The notes under the pieces: model-generated
The model's database searches: none
Told to the model about the DNA's origin: nothing
What the model saw: only the letters and a program-made list of their open reading frames with translations
Source: Elusimicrobiota bacterium
Lineage (GTDB): Bacteria > Elusimicrobiota > Elusimicrobia > 2-02-FULL-39-32
NCBI GenBank assembly: GCA_021730935.1
Contig: JAKFYJ010000004.1
Coordinates: 142,412 to 206,411, forward strand
Direction of reading: 5' to 3'
DNA: 64,000 nucleotides
Part shown: piece by piece, positions 20,261 to 30,230 of the stretch
Numbering within the stretch: the stretch's first letter is position 1
Layout: each line of letters begins with the position of its first letter
Made by a program: the position numbers and the translations under genes

Positions 20261-22050
20261 ATGCCAAAAAAATTCTTTTTATTGTTTTGATGGGCCTGGG
20301 CGGGCGTCTGAGCGCGGAAGAGATTTCGACGCCGACCGTCCAGATTGCGCCTGAAATCCAAATCACCTATCCCCGCGAAGGCATGAAGATTCCTGCGGTC
20401 CGGCGTTCGTTCGTGCTGGGGTTCGTAAAGCCCGCGAGCGCCACGGTCACCTTGAACGGCTCCACCATCGCCGTTTATCACACAGGCTCTTTTTCCGCGA
20501 TGATTCCATATTCGCCGGGCGAGTTCAGGATTTTGGCAGAAGCGGAGCTGAACGGGTCCACGGCCTCCGCAGTCCGCAATGTCCTTGTGAACCAGCCCCC
20601 TGAAACGCTTTCGACCGCGACCCTCGCCATTCTTCCGGACACCCTTGCTCCGACACAAGATCTGAAACTGCCCTCCGGCGAAAATTTCTCCGTCCGTTTC
20701 CGCGGAACTCCCGGCGCCGAAGCCCATTGCCGGTTCAAATCCAAAAACGAGAGCGGCTCCTGGCAGGCCATGCAGGAACGCGACGGCTCGCCCGGGAACT
20801 ATGACGCCCAGATGGTTCTGCCCAAAGAGCAGGGCAAAGAATTTTCAGTGGAGTTTCGTTTATCGAAAGGAAAGAAATCAATCACCGCGGCCGCTTCCGG
20901 GAAAGTGAGATCCTCTGATCCCCAGAAAACCTATGTCGTGGAAGTGAGCACCGGGGAAACCATCCTGCGCACGGGGCCCGCCGTCAACGGAGACACCATG
21001 GGATATGATCTCTTCGTCCCAAGAGGCGTGAAACTGAAAGCTCAGGGTTTTTCCGGGAACGAAGTCCGCCTCAAACTTTCCGACAGCGAAATCTTGTGGG
21101 GCGACGAAAAGCATCTGGCGCTCCTTCCGGAAACCGTTCCGGCCCCGTCTTCCGTGATCGACGGCGTTCATTCGACGAACAGGGAAAAAAGCCTGGTCCT
21201 GTCATTCGATCTGAGGGACAAAGTCCCGTTCCGCGCCATCCTTTCCGACGACAATAAAACATTCAAAGTCCGTCTCTATTACACCGTTTCCAACCTTGAC
21301 CGCATCCGCTATGACACCGCGAGCCCCGACCCCTGGGCTCAGGAAATCCGCTGGGCTCAGAAAGACAAGGATCAGGTTGAAATTTCCATTTCACTCCGGG
21401 AAAAAGTCTGGGGATATCATTTCCGCTATGAAGGCAGCCGTCTCGTCTGCGAGATCGCTTTCGCTCCGGCCCCGAAAAAAATCTGGAGCGGCCTTGAAGG
21501 GATCCTGGTCGCGGTGGATCCCGGACATTCTCCGGTCCTGGGCGACGGAGCCGTGAGTCCCGCCGGACACAAGGAAGGCGACGTCAACTTCATGCTTGCC
21601 GGAGCATTGAAAGATAAACTTGAAAAACTCGGAGCCAAAGTTTTCATGACCCGCGAGAAAGAAGATTATGTCGCGCTTGCGGAACGGGGCAAAAGAGCCG
21701 CCGCGGCAGGGGCCGACCTCTTCGTTTCGGTCCACACCAACGCGGTCCCGGACGGGACAGATCCCATGGCCCGGAGCGGATACAGCGTTTTTTATTTTCA
21801 TCCCATGAGCCTGGCTTTCGCAAAGTTTGTCCATTCCTCTTTTCCAAAGTATGCTAAAATGCAGGACGATGGACTCTATTACGGAAACCTTGCCGTATGC
21901 CGTCCGCCGCAAATCCCCTCCATCCTCGTTGAGGCGGCGTATCTGATCCGCCCTGATGAAGAAGAACTTCTGCTTGATCCCGATTTCCAGAACCGAGCCG
22001 CTGAGGGCATTGCCCAGGGCATCCTCGATTTCATCCGCTCAACGCGATAA
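20257..22050 (+). CDS. N-acetylmuramoyl-L-alanine amidase (Amidase_3) with N-terminal beta-rich domains
   Basis: Signal peptide, then a C-terminal Amidase_3 domain (VAVDPGHSPVLGDGAVSPAGHKEGDVNF...LFVSVHTNA). Confidence 0.85.
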   Translation: MNAKKILFIVLMGLGGRLSAEEISTPTVQIAPEIQITYPREGMKIPAVRRSFVLGFVKPASATVTLNGSTIAVYHTGSFSAMIPYSPGEFRILAEAELNGSTASAVRNVLVNQPPETLSTATLAILPDTLAPTQDLKLPSGENFSVRFRGTPGAEAHCRFKSKNESGSWQAMQERDGSPGNYDAQMVLPKEQGKEFSVEFRLSKGKKSITAAASGKVRSSDPQKTYVVEVSTGETILRTGPAVNGDTMGYDLFVPRGVKLKAQGFSGNEVRLKLSDSEILWGDEKHLALLPETVPAPSSVIDGVHSTNREKSLVLSFDLRDKVPFRAILSDDNKTFKVRLYYTVSNLDRIRYDTASPDPWAQEIRWAQKDKDQVEISISLREKVWGYHFRYEGSRLVCEIAFAPAPKKIWSGLEGILVAVDPGHSPVLGDGAVSPAGHKEGDVNFMLAGALKDKLEKLGAKVFMTREKEDYVALAERGKRAAAAGADLFVSVHTNAVPDGTDPMARSGYSVFYFHPMSLAFAKFVHSSFPKYAKMQDDGLYYGNLAVCRPPQIPSILVEAAYLIRPDEEELLLDPDFQNRAAEGIAQGILDFIRSTR

Positions 22051-22073
22051 AATAATCCTCTTAAAGGGGGAAC

Positions 22074-23180
22074 ATGGAAAAAGGTAACCCGCAAAAGAAG
22101 TCTCAGGAAGAGATCATTTTCAATTCCGTTCCCGCGATGATCTGGTTCAAAGACACCGAGAACCGGTTCCTCCGGGTCAATCGCGCCGCCGCTGAATCCA
22201 CGGGACTCCCCATTCATGAAATCGAAGGCCGTTCGGCCTATGACATTTATCCCAAAGACGCCAAAAAATATCACGACGACGATCTTTCCGTCATCCATTC
22301 CGGAAAGCCCAAGCTCGGCATCGTTGAACAGATGCAGACGGAGAGCGGGGACCGCAGGTGGGTGCGCACCGACAAAATCCCTTATCGCGATGAAGAAAAC
22401 AAAATCATCGGCGTCATTGTTTTCGCTCTCGACATCACGGACCAAAAGAAGGCCGAACATCTGCTCGCCCGCCAGAAAGAAGATTTGATGCGTTCCAACC
22501 ACGACCTGGAACAGTTCGCTTATGTCGCCAGCCATGACCTCAAAGAGCCGCTCCGGAGCGTGTCCAATTATCTTCAGCTCCTCGAATCCAAATATGCAGG
22601 CTCGATCGAAGCCGAAGGCAAACGCATGATCGAGCGCGCAGTCGCGGGGGCCAAGCGGATGAGCACGCTCATTGAAGACCTCCTTCAATATTCCAGAGTG
22701 GGGCTCACGCATGAAGGCGCGGTCAAAGTGTCGTCGGACGCCGTTCTCAGCCACGCGCTGGAAAACCTCAGGCCCATGATTGAGGATTCCAACGCTCAGG
22801 TGACGCGGGACGTTCTTCCTTCCGTGGTCTGCGTGGAAAGCGAACTGATCCAGATTTTTCAGAACCTGATCGGGAACGCCATCAAATTTTCCAGAGACAA
22901 GAAGCCGGAGGTCCACATTTCCTGCCGCGAGAGCGAGGAAGAGTGCGTGTTCTCCGTGAGCGACAACGGCATCGGGATCGAAAAGGAATTTTTCGACAAG
23001 ATATTCATGATTTTTAACCGCCTTCACGGGTGGACCAAATACGAAGGCAACGGGATCGGGCTGTCCATCTGCAAAAAAATTGTTGAAGCGAGAGGGGGGA
23101 AAATCTGGCTCGAGTCGGTCCCCAACCACGGGACTAGTTTTTATTTCTCAATCCCCCGCGTTCAAAATTCAGGCGCATAA
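22074..23180 (+). CDS. Cytoplasmic PAS-domain sensor histidine kinase
   Basis: PAS domain, HisKA H-box (SHDLKEPLRSV), and HATPase N, G1 and G2 boxes (GNAIKFS, DNGIGI, GNGIGLSICK). Confidence 0.85.
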   Translation: MEKGNPQKKSQEEIIFNSVPAMIWFKDTENRFLRVNRAAAESTGLPIHEIEGRSAYDIYPKDAKKYHDDDLSVIHSGKPKLGIVEQMQTESGDRRWVRTDKIPYRDEENKIIGVIVFALDITDQKKAEHLLARQKEDLMRSNHDLEQFAYVASHDLKEPLRSVSNYLQLLESKYAGSIEAEGKRMIERAVAGAKRMSTLIEDLLQYSRVGLTHEGAVKVSSDAVLSHALENLRPMIEDSNAQVTRDVLPSVVCVESELIQIFQNLIGNAIKFSRDKKPEVHISCRESEEECVFSVSDNGIGIEKEFFDKIFMIFNRLHGWTKYEGNGIGLSICKKIVEARGGKIWLESVPNHGTSFYFSIPRVQNSGA

Positions 23181-23190
23181 GGAGAAAACA

Positions 23191-23631
23191 ATGACTTTAG
23201 AGCACGCCGTCAAACCCATAGAAATCCTGCTGGTGGAAGACAACCCGGACGATGTGGACCTCACGAAAGAATCTCTCAAGGGGATGGAACTGCCTTATCA
23301 TCTGAACGTCGCGGAAGACGGAGTGGAAGCGATGGAATATCTGAGGCGTCAGGGGACTTTTTCGGGAGCGGTGAGGCCCGACGTCATTTTGCTGGATTTA
23401 AAGCTGCCCAGGAAAGACGGGCACGAGGTCTTGCGCGAGATCAAAGAAGATCAGGCTCTGAAACGGATTCCGGTGGTGATCCTCACGACCTCACAGGACG
23501 AGCGGGACGTCCTCAAAGCCTATAACCACTATGCGAGCTGTTATATCGTCAAACCCATGGACTTGAATCAGCTGATCGGGGTGGCGCGCTGGCTGGAAAA
23601 CTGGCTCAAGGTGGTCAAGCTTCCCAAATAA
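23191..23631 (+). CDS. Response regulator receiver protein (single REC domain)
   Basis: ILLVEDNPDD...D (phospho-acceptor)...KLPRKDG...VVILTTS. ATG start at 23191; the ORF track's 23080 start overlaps the kinase. Confidence 0.8.
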   Translation: MTLEHAVKPIEILLVEDNPDDVDLTKESLKGMELPYHLNVAEDGVEAMEYLRRQGTFSGAVRPDVILLDLKLPRKDGHEVLREIKEDQALKRIPVVILTTSQDERDVLKAYNHYASCYIVKPMDLNQLIGVARWLENWLKVVKLPK

Positions 23632-24353
23632 TCGTTCTCGCTGATCCGATAATCAAAGCCCAGAAGATATTTCAGGCCGTTCTCAATTTTCCATCCCTGC
23701 CCGTTTTCAAACGCTTCAAGCGCGCGCTGCGGATTTTCCTCAAATCCTCTGATGTTTTCCGAAAGCCATTCATCGAGCCGGCTCTTGATCATGTCGGAGA
23801 GCTCTTTCCGCATCATCCACCGCGCGAAGACGAACGAGTGCCCTTTCCATTTTTTCCAGGACAGCCCCAGGTCCAGCCGATAGGGAAATTCCTGCGTGGT
23901 CCCGCTGTCGAGCAAAGCGAAAAGCGCCTGGTTCCCGATGAGGAGCCGCGCGCTGTCGTCGGTGGACAGCCCCGGGCTGAAGACGGGGGAAACATGATAA
24001 ACTTCCTTCATTAAAAGTTTCAGGAGTTCCGTGGACGTCGCGGACTGCTGAGTCATTCCGATCTGCTTCTGATTCAGTTCCTGGAACGGCCGCCTCGAAA
24101 AGAGGATGACGCTCTGGGCTTCGTTCCTGGCCGTGATCCCGAAGGGCATGGGCTCGAAAGCGCTGAGTTCGTTATTGTTGAGGAGAGAAACGGGGCCGGC
24201 GTCAATTTCCCCTTCTCTTGCCAGGGCGCCCAGCTCTTTGGGGTTGGCGCGCCTCCAGGAGACGTCGCATCCGGGGATGTGGAGGTTTTTGTTCCAGAAG
24301 AACGGGGCCGAATTGAGATAAGGAATTTCCGCGACCACGAGTTTCGATTTCAC
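23568..24353 (-). CDS. MqnA/MqnD-family protein (menaquinone via futalosine)
   Basis: N-terminus AEIPYLNSAPFFW resembles the MqnA/MqnD periplasmic-binding-like fold. It sits immediately downstream of a radical-SAM Mqn-like gene. Confidence 0.6.
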   Translation of the reverse strand: MKSKLVVAEIPYLNSAPFFWNKNLHIPGCDVSWRRANPKELGALAREGEIDAGPVSLLNNNELSAFEPMPFGITARNEAQSVILFSRRPFQELNQKQIGMTQQSATSTELLKLLMKEVYHVSPVFSPGLSTDDSARLLIGNQALFALLDSGTTQEFPYRLDLGLSWKKWKGHSFVFARWMMRKELSDMIKSRLDEWLSENIRGFEENPQRALEAFENGQGWKIENGLKYLLGFDYRISENDYLGSLTTLSQFSSQRATPIS

Positions 24354-25453
24354 GCGAGCGCCAGCCTTTCGTTATGGATGTCCTTGGATGACGGATAAAT
24401 TTTATAAAGCGCGTCCCGCTCTGCGGGAACTCTGGAAGCTGAGCGGATGAGCCGTTCCAGCCGCTCCTTCGCCATTCCCACGGGAGAGGCCGCTTCCGCC
24501 GCGTGCATGATGCGTTCTTCAAAAATGGTTCCGTCCAGGTCGTCCGCGCCGAAAGCGAGGGCCATGGAAGCCGTTTCTTCGCCGAGCGTGACCCAATAGG
24601 ACTTGATGTGGTCAAAGTTGTCGAGGAAAATGCGGGAGATGGCGATGGTCCGCAGATCATCGATGGCGGAAGTCTGGCGGTCCACGACTTTCGTTTTTCC
24701 GGGCTGATAAGCCAGAGGGATGAACGACAAAAATCCGCCCGTCTCATCCTGGAGGTCGCGCAGTTTCTTCAAGTGAACCACGCGCTCTTCAAACGTTTCC
24801 ATGTGGCCATAAAGCAAAGTGGAATTGGACCGGATCCCAAGCTCATGCGCGGCTTTGTGGATCTCAAGCCACCGGGGCGCTCCGATCTTGAAGGGGAACA
24901 GGCTTTTCCTCACGCGTTCCGAAAACACTTCCGCTCCGCCTCCCGGCAGGCACATGAGCCCCGCGTCTTTCAGGCGCGATAAAATCTCTTTCACGGAACA
25001 TTTCTCGATGCGGGCAAAAAAATCGATCTCCACGGCGGTATACGCTTTCACCTGGAGGTTGGGAAATTTCTTGTGGACCTCGCTCACGATCTTGAGATAT
25101 TGCTCAAACGGCCATTCGTGGTTGAGGCCTCCCACGATGTGGACTTCGCGCAGTTCCGGCGAGCATTTGGACAAAATCTCTTCCATCGTCATGGAATAAG
25201 CGTTCGGTCGGCCCTTCTTGGACGCATAATCGCAAAATCGGCACGAGAGCACGCAGAGGTTGGTCGGGTTGATCTGCCGGTTCACGACATAGGTGACCCG
25301 GTCCCCTGTTTTTCTCTCTTTGATATGGTTGGCGATCTTTCCCAGGCCCAGGACATCCTGCGTCTTGAAAAGGGGCAGAACTTCCTCGGGGGAAACGCGT
25401 TCTTGCCTCTGGACTTTCGCCCAGATGGGGTGGAGTTGCGAATCTTTGAACAT
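24350..25453 (-). CDS. Radical SAM enzyme, MqnC/MqnE family (futalosine pathway)
   Basis: CxxxCxxC motif (CVLSCRFCDY) near the N-terminus, about 360 aa, with a GGG motif (VGGLNHEW). Confidence 0.7.
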   Translation of the reverse strand: MFKDSQLHPIWAKVQRQERVSPEEVLPLFKTQDVLGLGKIANHIKERKTGDRVTYVVNRQINPTNLCVLSCRFCDYASKKGRPNAYSMTMEEILSKCSPELREVHIVGGLNHEWPFEQYLKIVSEVHKKFPNLQVKAYTAVEIDFFARIEKCSVKEILSRLKDAGLMCLPGGGAEVFSERVRKSLFPFKIGAPRWLEIHKAAHELGIRSNSTLLYGHMETFEERVVHLKKLRDLQDETGGFLSFIPLAYQPGKTKVVDRQTSAIDDLRTIAISRIFLDNFDHIKSYWVTLGEETASMALAFGADDLDGTIFEERIMHAAEAASPVGMAKERLERLIRSASRVPAERDALYKIYPSSKDIHNERLALA

Positions 25454-25489
25454 CCTTCAATTTTACAATTTTGCTATATTAAATGCACC

Positions 25490-26281
25490 TTGAATAAAAA
25501 ACTCAAAAAAACGGCGGTTTTCGGCCTCATCTTCGGCGTTTCGGCCATGGCGGCCTATCTCTTCTGGCTCCCCTGGGTGCCGGCGCTGCGGCATGAGAAC
25601 CCTCAGAGGACAGCTCTCATGAAACTTCGCGCCGAACAGGCGGCAAAAAAGAAAAAACCCCTGAAACAGCAGATGGTTTGGCGGAATTTAAACGAAATTT
25701 CTTCAAACCTCCGGCGCGCGGTGATGCTCGCGGAAGACGACACTTTTTATGAAAACAACGGGTTCGATTTTGACCAGATTTGGATCGCTTTCAGGATGAA
25801 CTGGGAGAAAAAACGATATGCCTATGGCGGGAGCACCATCACCCAGCAGTTGGCCCGGACCCTTTATCTCTCGCCCAGGAAAAGTATCTTCAGAAAACTC
25901 AAGGAAGCCCTCATCACGGTCTGGCTGGAACATTCGCTCACGAAAAAACGGATTTTGGAGATTTATTTGAATGTCATCGAGTGGGGGGACGGAGTTTACG
26001 GCGCGGAAGCGGCGGCGCGGCATTATTATGGGAAAAGCAGTTCGGAACTGACCGCGGAAGAGTCTGTCGCGCTTGCGTCCATCTTGCCCAGTCCCCGGAA
26101 ATGGAGCCCTCTCAAGGAAACTCCGTTTATGAAACGGCGCCGGGCCAACATTCTTTCCCGGATGGAGCTTCCCTCGATTGAGAAGCCCGACCAACCGGTC
26201 CCGTCGTTTATCGTTCCCGCGTCCGAAGAACCGGAACCAGAAACTCCGGAGGACGACGAAGAAGATCAGAAAGGTCTTTGA
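25490..26281 (+). CDS. mtgA: Monofunctional biosynthetic peptidoglycan transglycosylase (GT51)
   Basis: GT51 motifs (EDDTFYENNGFD, GGSTITQQLAR, RILEIYLNVIEWGDGVYG). TTG start at 25490, preceding the membrane anchor TAVFGLIFGV; the ORF track's 25073 extension has no ATG upstream of the anchor. Confidence 0.8.
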   Translation: MNKKLKKTAVFGLIFGVSAMAAYLFWLPWVPALRHENPQRTALMKLRAEQAAKKKKPLKQQMVWRNLNEISSNLRRAVMLAEDDTFYENNGFDFDQIWIAFRMNWEKKRYAYGGSTITQQLARTLYLSPRKSIFRKLKEALITVWLEHSLTKKRILEIYLNVIEWGDGVYGAEAAARHYYGKSSSELTAEESVALASILPSPRKWSPLKETPFMKRRRANILSRMELPSIEKPDQPVPSFIVPASEEPEPETPEDDEEDQKGL

Positions 26282-26930
26282 CGATGTGGTCCGCCTCAAA
26301 AAGCTTTTCTTTGGAATAAGAGTTCGTCACCGCGATGCACCGCATGCCCGCCCCCTTTGCCGCCTGGATCCCGTGCACGGAATCTTCAATCGCCGCGCAT
26401 TCTCCCGCCTTGAGCGGATTTTTTCTGAACTTGGGCAGCTGATTGAGGGCTTTCAAACCTTTTCGATAACATTCCGGATGAGGCTTCCCGTGCGTCACGT
26501 TTTCCGCGCTTATGATCTTGGAAAAATTCCTGCCGATCCCGGCGTATTTTAAAATCCAGTTGATCTCGTGACGGAGCGCGCCTGACACCACCGCGAGGGC
26601 GCAGTTTTTGCTCAGGGCCTTGGCGAGCTTTTCCACCCCAGGGAATATCCGGATCTCGTCTTGAATGGTTTCTTCATAATAGGCCGCTTTCCGTTCGATC
26701 AATTCCTGAATGATTCTCTTGTTCACGGGTCTTTTGTATCGTTTCAGGACATCGATGAAACAGCTCTTGTCGTCCATCGCGAGGTACCGCTTGAAATATT
26801 CTTTCACGGTGAGAGGGATGCCCTCTTCCTTCAAAACTTTCTGAAACAGTTTCAGGTGGACCGGTTCGTCGTCGGCGATCACGCCGTTGCAGTCGAAGAG
26901 GACGGCTCTTATTTCCATTTTATCGTGCAC
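26208..26930 (-). CDS. HAD-IA family hydrolase (beta-phosphoglucomutase-like)
   Basis: Motif I (VLFDCNGVIAD), motif II (AVVSGA) and motif IV (AIEDSVHGIQAAKGAGM). Confidence 0.8.
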   Translation of the reverse strand: MHDKMEIRAVLFDCNGVIADDEPVHLKLFQKVLKEEGIPLTVKEYFKRYLAMDDKSCFIDVLKRYKRPVNKRIIQELIERKAAYYEETIQDEIRIFPGVEKLAKALSKNCALAVVSGALRHEINWILKYAGIGRNFSKIISAENVTHGKPHPECYRKGLKALNQLPKFRKNPLKAGECAAIEDSVHGIQAAKGAGMRCIAVTNSYSKEKLFEADHIVKDLSDLLRRPPEFLVPVLRTRER

Positions 26931-27452
26931 CCGATCGCGAAAGTTTCAGGCTCGGCCACGGGATTTCCGGACAGAATCGCGTCCAGCGCGTCTCGGAGAT
27001 ATCGTTTGGCGACTTTGGAGGGTTCCTGCCAGTTGTCGTCGATTTTTCCGGTATATCGAAGATCGCCCTGCTGATCAAAAACAAAAATATGAGGGGTGTG
27101 GGTGGCTCCGAACGCGCGCGCGGCCGATTGAGACTCGTCTCTTAAATAAAGAAAATTGAAATTCTTTTCCTTGGCGCGCCGGACCATGTTTTCGAAACTG
27201 TCGTCAGGGTGGTTTGAGGTTTCGTTGGAATTGATGGCCACGACCTGCGCGCCTTTTGAAGCATAATCTCTTTGGATGTCGATCACACGGTCTTCATAGG
27301 CCTGGACATAAGGGCAATGGTTGCAGGAAAAAATAAGGATGAGGGCTTTTTTGTCTTTCAGTTCAGACAGCGAATGGTTCCGTCCGTCCGTTCCGGGCAG
27401 ATCGAAGTCCTGAATTTTTTTTATTGCGGCTTTCGCCGTCGAGATTCCCATA
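26909..27452 (-). CDS. Thioredoxin-fold redoxin (TlpA/AhpC-TSA-like), CxxC = CNHC
   Basis: Redoxin motif LILIFSCNHCPYV. Start at the ATG (complement at 27450-27452) with a GGAGGA RBS 8 nt upstream; the longer ORF in the track is probably an extension. Confidence 0.75.
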
Positions 27453-27526
27453 TTTTTCCTCCGTGGTTCGCCGTTAAAGTGTAACATTTTTTTATTTAGC
27501 GTTAAAACTGATAAAATAAAACGATT

Positions 27527-28495
27527 ATGCCGAACGCTTCGAATGTCACGCTGAATGTCCTCATCGTCGAGGACGATCCGATGATTTCCATGATGATCAC
27601 CAAAATCCTGGAACTCAACAACTATGCCGCCCAGTGCGCGCACGACGGGGAAGAGGCGCTCCGCATGATTGAGGCTCATGTCCCGGACCTGGTGATGCTG
27701 GACATCAACATCCCCAAGATGGACGGCTATGAAGTCTGCCGCCGCCTGCGCCGCGATGCCCGCTTCGAGAAAATTCCCATCCTCATGATCACCGGGAACT
27801 CGGACCGCATGGAACGGATCAAGGGACTGGAGCTCGGCGCGGACGATTTTCTTCTGAAACCTTTCAATTATGACGAGCTCCTGACCCGCGTCCTTTCCAC
27901 GATCCGCCGCTCCAAGAAAGACATTGACGCCAATCCCCTCACCTGTCTTCCGGGCACCAGTTCCGTCGAACGCCTTGCCATGACCCTGATTTCGCAGAAG
28001 AGGCCTTTTGCCGCGCTCAAGCTGGACATCAAAAATTTCAAGGCGTTCAATGAGCGCTATGGTTTTCAGAGAGGCGACGAAGTCATCCGTTCCGTTTCAA
28101 GAGAAATTCTTTCCGCGCTCGACAGCGCTTCCGATTATCTCGCGCATCTGGGTTCGGACGATTTCATGGTGATCACGGAGGCGGAGCGGATTGAAATCAT
28201 CTGCGAAAAAGTTATCCGGAGCTTTGATTCTTCCTGCCCGTCCTATTATGACCTCGAAGATCACCGGGCGGGGTTCATTGAAACGGTGGACCGCAAGGGG
28301 CAGAGACTGCGCCATGCTTTCCTCGTGATTCACATCGGTTGTGTCATTGATACCGGCGGACGGTTTGATTCCCTTGGGCTTGTGCAGAAATTGTGCGACG
28401 AAGTTTTGAACCTTGCCAAGTCCAGAAACGGTTCGGGCTATGAAGTGGATCGGAGAGGGCTTAAGCCCGAGAAGAAGAAAAAGAAGAAATCCTGA
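27527..28495 (+). CDS. Response regulator with REC + degenerate GGDEF domain and lysine-rich tail
   Basis: REC domain (LIVEDDPMI...MLDINIPKMDG). The GGDEF-like domain has the signature degenerated to GSDDF (HLGSDDFMV). C-terminal KPEKKKKKKS tail. Confidence 0.8.
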   Translation: MPNASNVTLNVLIVEDDPMISMMITKILELNNYAAQCAHDGEEALRMIEAHVPDLVMLDINIPKMDGYEVCRRLRRDARFEKIPILMITGNSDRMERIKGLELGADDFLLKPFNYDELLTRVLSTIRRSKKDIDANPLTCLPGTSSVERLAMTLISQKRPFAALKLDIKNFKAFNERYGFQRGDEVIRSVSREILSALDSASDYLAHLGSDDFMVITEAERIEIICEKVIRSFDSSCPSYYDLEDHRAGFIETVDRKGQRLRHAFLVIHIGCVIDTGGRFDSLGLVQKLCDEVLNLAKSRNGSGYEVDRRGLKPEKKKKKKS

Positions 28496-28504
28496 AGTTT
28501 GCCG

Positions 28505-29548
28505 TCAAGTTCCCATGTATGCCGGGTTCCTGGCATACACCATCGCGACCGCTGGCGTAATCTGTCCCGCGTTAACCAAGGCTCTTAAAGAAGAATCCAT
28601 CGTCACCATTCCGGCGTCTTTGCTGGTGAGGATGACGTTTGGGAGGTTCTGGGCTTTTCCTTCCCGGATCAGGTTCCGGACGGCTTCGGTGCCCACCATC
28701 ACCTCGCAGGCCATCACCCGGCGGTTGCGCGTCACATTGGGGATGAGGATCTGGGAAACGATGCCCTGAATGGAAGCGGCGAATTGTCCGATGACGAAGG
28801 ATCGTTCGTGGGGCGGAAAAGCGTTCAGGATGCGGTCCACGGTTTGGGCGGCGTCGTTGGTGTGGAGGGTCGCGATCACGAGGTGTCCGGTCCCTGCGGC
28901 TTCAAGAGCGGTTGAAATGGTGTCCAGGTTCCTCATTTCGCCCACGCAGATGACGTCTGGATCCAGGCGGAGCGCGTGATAGAGCGCTTCATGGAAATTG
29001 CGCACGTCGGTGCCCACTTCCTGCTGAACGATGATGCTCTTCTTGGGTTTGTGGAGGAGTTCGATCGGGTCTTCGACCGTCACGATCTTGCACCGCCGCT
29101 CGGCGTTGATCTGGTCGATCATGGCGTTCATGGTGGTGGTTTTTCCGTGGCCGGTGGGTCCCGTGACCAGAAGCAGGCCGTGGGGTCTCCGGATGAGCTC
29201 TTCAATCACGGGCGGCAATCCCAGTTCGCGGAGAGACAAGATGCCCAGGGTCGGGAGGCGGACGGTCGCTTCCACATGGCCCAGGTGATAATAGACGCTG
29301 ACGCGGAGCTGGGTGGAACCGATCAAAGTTGAGACGGAAGCCCGCATGTCCCGTTCAAAGTGTTTCCTCTGTTCCTCGCTCAAAAGGGAATAAACCATGG
29401 CTTTGCATTCGTCGGCTTTGACGATCTCCATGTTGTCCATGGGCTTGATTTCGCCTGCCACGCGCATCATGGGGGGAACGCCGACGATCAGATGGAGGTC
29501 GGACGCGGTTGCGGCAATGCATTTTTGTATGAGGTTGCGGATTTCCAT
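28505..29548 (-). CDS. pilT: Type IV pilus retraction ATPase PilT/PilU family
   Basis: Walker A GPTGHGKTTT, a Walker B/Asp box, and the typical PilT N-terminus (DLHL..G.PP..R..G). Confidence 0.9.
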   Translation of the reverse strand: MEIRNLIQKCIAATASDLHLIVGVPPMMRVAGEIKPMDNMEIVKADECKAMVYSLLSEEQRKHFERDMRASVSTLIGSTQLRVSVYYHLGHVEATVRLPTLGILSLRELGLPPVIEELIRRPHGLLLVTGPTGHGKTTTMNAMIDQINAERRCKIVTVEDPIELLHKPKKSIIVQQEVGTDVRNFHEALYHALRLDPDVICVGEMRNLDTISTALEAAGTGHLVIATLHTNDAAQTVDRILNAFPPHERSFVIGQFAASIQGIVSQILIPNVTRNRRVMACEVMVGTEAVRNLIREGKAQNLPNVILTSKDAGMVTMDSSLRALVNAGQITPAVAMVYARNPAYMGT

Positions 29549-29573
29549 GGATGGCTCCTCTTGAAGCGTATTG

Positions 29574-29646
29574 TGAGCCCGGGGGGGATCGAACCCCCGA
29601 CAACTCGATTAAAAGTCGAGTGCTCTACCAGCTGAGCTACGGGCTC
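29574..29646 (-). tRNA. tRNA-Lys (anticodon UUU)
   Basis: Minus-strand sequence GAGCCCGTAGCTCAGCTGGTAGAGCACTCGACTTTTAATCGAGTTGTCGGGGGTTCGATCCCCCCCGGGCTCA folds as a cloverleaf. The anticodon loop is CUUUUAA and the T-loop is TTCGATC. CCA is not encoded. Confidence 0.85.
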
Positions 29647-29782
29647 CTGAAACGGAAAATCTGTCCTGACACGCTTTAGGAAACCCTATAATACAAAAAA
29701 AATGCAAATAAGTCTTGAAAGTCATCAAAAACCCTGTTATATTTGATTGGAACCCTTATGGACAGCCGGAGGTAAGGCACGA

Positions 29783-30220
29783 ATGAATGTCATAGAAACA
29801 GACATGAAAACCATTCTCGTGGTGGACGATGATCCGTCCATCTGCGAGTTTATCAACGTTCTCCTGACGAAAGAAGATTTTCAGGTGATCAGCACGTTCC
29901 GCAGCCGTGAAACCCTGAGCTTGCTCAGGCAGGGTTCGTATTTAAAATTCGATTTATTGATCACGGACCTTCAGATGCCGGGTTACGGCGGATATTCCAT
30001 CATCAAGGACATGCAGAAAGAAGGCTATCAGAACACCCCCGTGCTCGTGCTCACCGGACGCAACCTGGATCCCGGAACCGTGGAGATCATCTGCAAGGAA
30101 CCCAATGTCCGCGGCCTCTGCAAGAAACCGATTTCAGCGAACGAGCTCAAGAAGAAAGTGCATGAGCTTCTGGGCACGGCGAACCGTCACCAGCAGCAGC
30201 TTCCGGAATCCATCCCTTGA
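29783..30220 (+). CDS. Stand-alone response regulator receiver protein
   Basis: REC domain (ILVVDDDPSI...LITDLQMPGYGG...VLVLTG). RBS GGAGGT lies 9 nt upstream of the ATG at 29783. Confidence 0.75.
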   Translation: MNVIETDMKTILVVDDDPSICEFINVLLTKEDFQVISTFRSRETLSLLRQGSYLKFDLLITDLQMPGYGGYSIIKDMQKEGYQNTPVLVLTGRNLDPGTVEIICKEPNVRGLCKKPISANELKKKVHELLGTANRHQQQLPESIP

Positions 30221-30230
30221 CGCCGTCCTT

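Noticed and set aside
25073-25489. Long N-terminal extension of the mtgA ORF (starting at 25073)
   Set aside because: There is no ATG between 25073 and the membrane anchor, and the extension lies antisense inside the radical-SAM gene. An in-frame TTG at 25490 directly precedes the anchor and gives a normal MtgA length.
28440-28495. AAGAAGAAAAAGAAGAAA run at the 3' end of the REC-GGDEF gene, considered as a slippery or frameshift site
   Set aside because: It simply encodes a C-terminal poly-lysine tail ending in a stop. There is no downstream overlapping frame to shift into.
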